Shown: one piece after another, positions 56,590 through 64,000 of the stretch
Layout: the number at the start of each line of letters is the position of its first letter
Position numbering within the stretch: position 1 is the first letter of the stretch
Assembly (NCBI GenBank): GCA_964016885.1
Contig: OZ024746.1
Coordinates: 72,292,001 to 72,356,000 of the forward strand
Reading direction: 5' to 3'
DNA from: Eledone cirrhosa
Lineage: Eukaryota
Length of the DNA: 64,000 nucleotides
The notes under the pieces: generated by a model
What the model was told of the DNA's origin: nothing
The model's input: the letters and a program-made list of their open reading frames with translations, nothing else
The model's database searches: none
Program-made: the position numbers and the translations under genes

Positions 56590-58180
56590 GAAGTGCTGTG
56601 AGCCAAGCATGTCTGAGATGCGTGCAGGGCGACGAAAACTTCCTTGGCGTACTCTTTCAATCCCCAAACATTGCTGACCTACGATATTATGTCGAACAGA
56701 TACTGTCACGTGTGAGATAGATCCGGTTATCAGCTGAATCCATCGTGAAGATCGCGCCGCCACCTTCCTTTAACAGAGAAGGGTAAGCCGTGTTTATGTG
56801 CCTGGTGTCGGCTTTGTTTAATTTGGCATTTTTTTTTTAATTCGAAAATTGTAAACATGAATTCATAGACAGAGCGTGGAGAATGCAGCGAAATGTTTCA
56901 TATAGTGAGAGTTGCTGTCACAAACTGAAAGAAAAAAAATGAAGACAGCTTCTCTGTAAAGGAGACAGTTTGTAAAGAAAGATAAAACAGTATCGGTAAA
57001 GGATCGGACGCCATGCTTTGAGCATAGAGTTAGAGCCCTTTACGGTCTGAGTTCAAGTCCCGCCGAGGCTAGTTTTGCCTTTCATCCTTACGGGATCGGT
57101 AAAATAAAGCACCAGTAATGCACTGGGATAATTGCTGTCCTTGTGCCAAAAATAGAAACAATTATTTTAAATAACATGGTTTTGAACACTCAAAAGGATT
57201 ATCAAAACAAATCCAACATGAATAACAACAACAATAAAAACAATGAAAACAACGGTAAAACGATACGCCGGACTGTAATAATCTCACCCAGAAATGGGCC
57301 GAGAGAAAGTTATCCCTGAAAGGTAGGGCAGAGATAGCGAACGCGTACATCATCTATTACCGCCTAATCATCATGCCTTGTCCTAAATCCCGTCTGACTG
57401 TGCTGGAGCGTTTCCTCTTCCGCTTCTTGTGGAAGGGACGCTTTCCGATGGTCAGGTGGTCCATCTGCTGTCAACAATCGATGCGTGGAGGACAGGGAAT
57501 ATCGTGGTTGGTGGTGCGTAGACATGCGCTGAGGCTACGACTACGACAATGAACAGGTGTGGTGACCATTCACCAGACGCATGTTCCTTCAGGTTGACTC
57601 CTTAACAGATTTGCTGTCCTGGGTCAAGCGGGGACCGAGGGAGAGCACTTAGAAACTGGAATGTCTTTAAGTGCTCACAGCCCTCCACCAAGCGAACAGT
57701 ATGGTCGGTGAAAACTCCACCTTGGAGTTCTATAAAAGGTTAGTGGCGGAAAAAAGGAAAAAAGCGACGACATTCTTGAGAAAATTCTGGGCATCGTTGA
57801 AAATCAACTTATCAGTCTTTTCGGGAGGATTTTCGATTCAGGGTCCAGAAATCCCTAGCCTTGTTGTGCTACCAAGGAGCTTTGCCAGTTCGAGATAAAC
57901 TCTACAGGCATGGAATTGTCTTCAGCCGAGCCTGAAGAGGAAAATCAGGGTAGAGAAGCAAGTGCTACCTTCCAAGCAGTTTGTTGCAAGATAGGTAAGT
58001 GAGACGAGCATGACCCGGGTCCGCTCTGGATGTGCACCTGTAAATTGGAGGAGAATAACTGGGGGGAAGGTACTTTTATAGAGTTTTTTCCATGAGCAAC
58101 TCTTGCACATCTCCCTGTTGGGGAATTTCCATTGCTTAATTTTTTAATGTCACCTTTCTTTTTACCATTGTGAAATCTAT
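56590..58180 (+). mobile_element. Fragmented copies of the same L1/Tx1-type family, interrupted by a SINE
   Basis: LSLKGRAEIANAYI, RFLWKG, and segments matching 37740-37800 and 38120-38345. Confidence 0.7.
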
Positions 58181-58185
58181 TATTG

Positions 58186-58963
58186 GTATTGTTATCTTAG
58201 TTGTTACTATAATTGTTGTTGTTGCTGTTGTTGTTGTTGTTGTTGTTGTTGCTGTAGTTGTTGTTGTTGCTGTAGTTGTTGTTGTTGCTGTTGTTGTTGT
58301 TGTTGCTGTAAGTGTTACTATAGTCGTTATTGTTGTTGCTGCTGTTGTTGTTGTTGTTGTTGCTGTAGTTGTTGTTGCTGTTGTTGTTGTTGTTGTTGTT
58401 GTTGCTGTTGTTGTTGTTGTTGTTGCTGTAAGTGTTACTATAGTTGTTATTGTTGTTGCTGTTGTTGTTGTTATTGTTGTTGTTGCTGCTGCTGTAAGTG
58501 TTGCTATAGTTGTTATTGTTGTTGCTGTTGTTGTTGTTGTTGTTGCTGTAAGTGTTGCTATAGTTGTTATTGTTGTTGCTGTTGTTGTTTTAGTTGTTAC
58601 TATAGTTGTTATTGTTGTTGCTGTTGTTGTTGTTATTGTTGTTGTTGTTGTTGTTGCTGCTGTAGCTGTAAGTGTTGCTATAGTTATTGTTGTTGCTGTT
58701 GTTGTTGTTATTGTTGTTGTTGTTGCTGCTGTAAGTGTTGCTATAGTTGTTATTGTTGTTGCTGTTGTTGTTGTTGTTGTTGTTGTTGTTGCTGTAAGTG
58801 TTGCTATAGTTGTTATTGTTGTTGCTGTTGTTGTTGTTGTTGTTGTTGTTGCTGTAAGTGTTGCTATAGTTGTTATTGTTGTTGCTGTTGTTGTTTTAGT
58901 TGTTACTATAGTTGTTATTGTTGTTGCTGTTGTTGTTGTTGCTATAGTTATTGTTGTTGCTGC

Positions 58964-59009
<46 letters not shown>

Positions 59010-59173
59010 GCTGTAAGTGTTGCTATAGTTGTTATTGTTGTTGCTGTTGTTGTTTTAGTTGTTACTATAGTTGTTATTGTTGTTGCTGTTGTTGTTGCTG
59101 TAGTTATTGTTGTTGCTGTTGTTGTTGTTGCTGTAAGTGTTGCTATAGTTGTTGTTGTTGTTGTTGTTGTTGC

Positions 59174-59215
<42 letters not shown>

Positions 59216-59322
59216 AAGTGTTGCTATAGTTGTTATTGTTGTTGCTGTTGTTGTTGCTGTAGTTATTGTTGTTGCTGTTGTTGTTGTTGTTGTTGTTGTT
59301 GCTGCTGTAAGTGTTGCTATAG

Positions 59323-59357
<35 letters not shown>

Positions 59358-59643
59358 GCTGTTGTTTTTGTTGTTGCTGTTGTTGTTGTTGTTGTTGTTG
59401 TTGTTGCTGTTGTTGTTGTTGTTGCTGTTGTTGTTGTTGTTGTTGTTGTTGCTGTTGCTGTTGTTGTTGTTGTTGTTGCTGCTGTTGTTGTTGCTGTAAG
59501 TGTTGCTATAGTTGTTATTGTTGTTGCTGTTGTTGTTTTAGTTGTTACTATAGTAGTTGTCATTTAGTTGTTGTTGTTGTTGTTGAAGTTATAGCTGTTG
59601 CTGTTGCTACTGTTGTTGTTGTTGTAGTTATTGTTGCTGTTAT
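58186..59643 (+). repeat. Compound (GTT)n repeat with higher-order unit GCTGTAAGTGTTGCTATAGTTGTTATT
   Basis: Triplet-based array; explains the poly-Thr and poly-Val ORFs. Confidence 0.92.
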
Positions 59644-60248
59644 TAATCCCCCAGCAAGATCCGTGAACAGTTTATTTAAACTATAAACTATTCTGTTTAG
59701 AGTTTAATTAAAGCATTGTTTGTTGTTAATTAACGTCTGAGTTCTTATTGATCTTTCGTAACACCACCACCATTAACAGCAACAACAACTACAACTACTC
59801 ATAATACTACTAATACTAATGCTGCTGCAACTAGTACTGGAATTATTACTACTTCTACTATTACTAATAAAATAGTATCACCAGCACCAGCACCACCACC
59901 ACCACTACTAAAAACAACAATTACGACTAAAACCCGCAAGACCGCCTAACTATCCCCAGTAACTCTACAACTATCACAACCACTAACTCCGCCATCACTA
60001 CCATCACCACAAGCAATAACATTGGCATTACAACAATCACCACCACCACCACCACCACCACCACCACCACCACCACCACCACCAAAACCACCAACCTTCT
60101 TGTATGGGCAGAGGGAGAAAAATAAAAAGTGAGAGAGAGGAAGAGTCGTCACTTGTTACTGCCACCAGGCCTGTTGCGGTCCTTGTTCTTTATCAAAGAC
60201 AGAACCAGTCCATGTACTGTACCGATTGTGTTGTTGTTTCTGTTTACC

Positions 60249-60332
<84 letters not shown>

Positions 60333-60482
60333 GAAGAAGAAGAAGAAGAAGAAGAAGAAGAAGAAGAAGAAGAAGAAGAAGAAGAAGAAGAAGAAGAAGA
60401 AGAAGAAGAAGAAGAAGAAGAAGAAAAAGAAAAAGAAAAAGAAAAAGAAAAAGAAATGTATATATATATATATATATATATA

Positions 60483-61643
60483 CAGGGTGCGGATGGTAGG
60501 CACAAGGCCATGACAGAAAAAAATGGTATTCTTATAAAAGTAGCATAAACATAAAGCTAAATTATCAATTTAATAATTTCATTCAATAAAACCACCATAA
60601 GCATCAATAACTGCCTCTACACGGGGTCGAAATCGTTTGCAAGCTCGGATTAAGTGGTCCTTGTTCATATCGGACATGATTCGAATTATGGCGGCTTTCA
60701 AATAATTTTTGGTGCTATGGGAGTGTTCATTGACATTTTTCTCAACGGTGCTCCTAGTGGATTGAGATCTGGAGAATTAGGAGTCCAAATGTTGGGGGTG
60801 ATGTGATCATGCAAATTGTCGGTCACCCATTCTTGTGTCATTTGAGCCTTGTGTGATGGTGCAGAATCTTGTTGAAAGACATAAGGCCTTCCATTGCATA
60901 CACTATTGATCCAAGGCGTAACAACTTTATCCAGAACCTCAATATATGCAGCATCATTCACCCTAAGGCCTTGTGGAAAAAAGTGAGGAGGCATCTCATG
61001 TCCTTCATTGCTAACAACACGCAAAACCATGACAAATTTTGTGTGCTTATTCTTGGAACCTCAGAAGTGTCTGCACATAGCTACCTGTTATTTCTTCTGT
61101 TAGTTTTCTGGTCCTGGTCAAAGTTTTTCTCATCTGAGAAAAACCAAATCACACCATCTTCTGATGGATTTTTAAGTTTGTTTAAAAGTCTTTTGGATTT
61201 GATTAAACGCTTTTCTTTTGATTTTTCTGACATGAATTGACCTCTCCTCATCACGTAAGATTTGTATCTGATGTCTTCATGCACAACATTTCTGATTGTT
61301 TTTTCTCACACACCAAAATGTTTTGCAATTGACCTCATTGATTTTCCTGGATTGTCATCAATGTTTTTCTTAACTTCCTGAATAAATTCAGATGTCCTGA
61401 TAGAATCAGAGCGTTTGGAATGTTTTTTAAGTTTTGATACAGGTAATACGCTTCTTGTGGACAAAAGATCTTGCAAATTTAAAAAAACGAGAAATTTCTA
61501 AATGACCATGTTTAGCCTTCAAAGCCACAATCACAGCATGCCTTTTCATTTCATTAGTAATTTTCTGAAATGGAAGTTCAATAAAAATTAGTCAAATAAC
61601 ATAATGACTAAAAATACATGTGCCCTCAAATACCGTCCGCACC

Positions 61644-61646
<3 letters not shown>
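60483..61646 (-). mobile_element. Tc1/mariner DNA transposon (DD37D/maT-like), defective
   Basis: TIRs CAGGGTGCGGATGGTA / TACCGTCCGCACCCTG flanked by TA; FFSDEKNF and FQQDSAPSH...SPDLNPL with 37 residues after the second D; frameshifted. Confidence 0.9.
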
Positions 61647-61737
<91 letters not shown>

Positions 61738-62229
61738 ATTACTATATATATATTACTACTATATATTATTACTATATATTATTACTATATATTATTACTA
61801 TATATTATCAGTAGAGGGTCGGACGCCATGCTTTCCAGCATAGTTACATCCCTTTACGATCTGAGTTCAAATCCCGCCGAGGTTGACTTTGCCTTTCATC
61901 CTTACGGGGTCGATAAAATAAAGTACCAGTAATGCACTGGGTAATTGCTGGCCTTGTGCCTAAAGTAGAAACAATTATATATATATTATATATATATATA
62001 TATATACTATATATATATTATTATTACTATATATATATATATATAGTAATAATAATAAATGTGAAGACTAAAATCCAAAGAGGGTCCGATAAGGATAAAT
62101 ATATATCAAATATATAAGAACCCTAGAGCAAATATTCATTAAAATAACAGATTAAAGTGTAAGTAAAGAATCGCTGCTTTCATCCTTAACGGGTTCTTCT
62201 GAATATATATATATTCAGAATATATACAT

Positions 62230-62279
<50 letters not shown>

Positions 62280-63390
62280 GTGTGTATGTATCTATGGATG
62301 GATAGATAGATGGATAGATAGATGGATAGATGGATAGATGGATATAATTGTGTGCATGTTCAGATGTTTAAGGCAAATCTGCATTTGTTGAGTAATTTTT
62401 GTTTTGATTTTTTCATCTTTGAACGTATTTCCCCCTAAACCCAACAACAAGATTTCTTTACCAACGAATTACCCAACAAAATGGCGACGACTTCAAAGCG
62501 ATTTCATCTTTACATGTTTACTGATCTAAGGTAGTGAGGAAATTATATACATGTTTAGTAAGCGGTGGTGTGGTGGAAGTTACGGTGATAGTTGTAATTG
62601 AGGGGATTTGGTGGTAGTATTGGTGAAAGGTAGGTACAGATATACATAAATCATATCCATTTTCTCTTTTTATCTCCTTTTGATCTTTGGTCCGCTCGAT
62701 CAGAGTTGATCCGAGGCTATACACCAACACATTAGAACAACGTCAACAAACAGCAATAACAACCACAAGAACAGCAGCAGCGACAACAACAATAACAACA
62801 ACAACACTAGCCAGTCGAATTTGTTTCCTTTGGATTTTTCTTAAAGAATTTAGTGCAGTAGTTCCTTTGTACGATATTCCCAAAATTCTGTAATCCATAC
62901 CTATAGTTTCTAGACAACCTTCACCACACTAATTTTAATAAGATGTTAAGTGAAACAAAAATCGTTTTAGGAAGAATTTAATTATGTATATAAAAAAAAC
63001 ACCGAATAAGATTTTATGAAATTTTATAACAACTATCTTATCCCACGGAACCCCATTTATATGTGGAACCCTGAGATTCTTTTGAAACTCCCATTAGCGT
63101 CTTAGTTACCAATTTAGTGTCTTGTCTTTTGTTATAGTATTGAATTTGGATATTGAGCCGGCCACGGGACACAAACATTTGACGTCTGGACAGTTTACCC
63201 TGTAGCTCTATCAACTCAAAAATCCACTTAATTATTGATCGCCTTGTTAATTACAGTAATTTGCATTTACCAATAATTCATTATAGATTGTTAATTATTT
63301 CACTTAAATGTTCCAGCTTTCATCTCGATAACATTTATGAATTAATAATGCATAAGCGATTATATATATCAATATATATATATATATGTG

Positions 63391-63440
<50 letters not shown>

Positions 63441-63645
63441 AGTAGGACCCCGACGGCTGAGCTCAAGCCGTTTCGACGGCTAATTCTGGACTAAAAAAAA
63501 TTTTTTTTAGTCCAGAATTAGCCGTCGAAACGGCTTGAGCTCAGCCGTCGCGGTCCTATTTGTTCCTATTACCCACTCTACTACCCTAAGTATTGAGTAC
63601 TTTGGTGCGTTATGGTCCATCTGGTTCCTTACCACATTTCCTTCG

Positions 63646-63678
<33 letters not shown>

Positions 63679-64000
63679 GTATATATGTGTGTGTGTTCAT
63701 TTTTATTACTATCACACACCCACACACATACATACATGCATAAATACATACATACATACATACATACATACATACATACATACATACATACATGCATACA
63801 TACATACATACATACATACATACATACATACATACATACATACATACATACATACATACATACATACATACATACATACATACTGTCAGAACTGTCAGCA
63901 TACAACAAATACATTGCCCACAATACTTATGCTGTGCCAATTCTAACGCCAATTCTAACGCCAACATTTGGCCTACTGAACTGGTCATTGCAAGAACTAA

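Overview
Eukaryotic, AT-rich, microsatellite-laden genomic DNA. The repeat landscape suggests a coleoid cephalopod such as Octopus (inference). Most of the window (52230 down to 4858, minus strand) is one gene that the ORF track misses. I traced 20 GT-AG exons with consistent phases (2065 nt, ~688 codons, continuing past the left edge). They encode a BCR/ABR-type DH-PH-C2-RhoGAP protein in which the GAP arginine finger (GIYR->FIYA) and the DH CR1 glutamate appear substituted. The introns hold SINEs, RTE, Dong/R4 and L1/Tx1 fragments, a rearranged Penelope-like (PLE) GIY-YIG fragment and a 5.3 kb 22-bp satellite; two Tc1/mariner relics lie upstream of the gene. The most notable non-coding signal is about 15 type I hammerhead ribozyme (HHR) motifs from several unrelated short repeat families. 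They include both C3-G8 and covarying U3-A8 cores with palindromic helix III, and mostly sit beside (TA)n tracts. Many lie in long fold-back inverted repeats, and one family occurs as circularly permuted ~312-bp retrozyme-like monomers. All calls were made by eye and protein homologies come from remembered family motifs, not searches.
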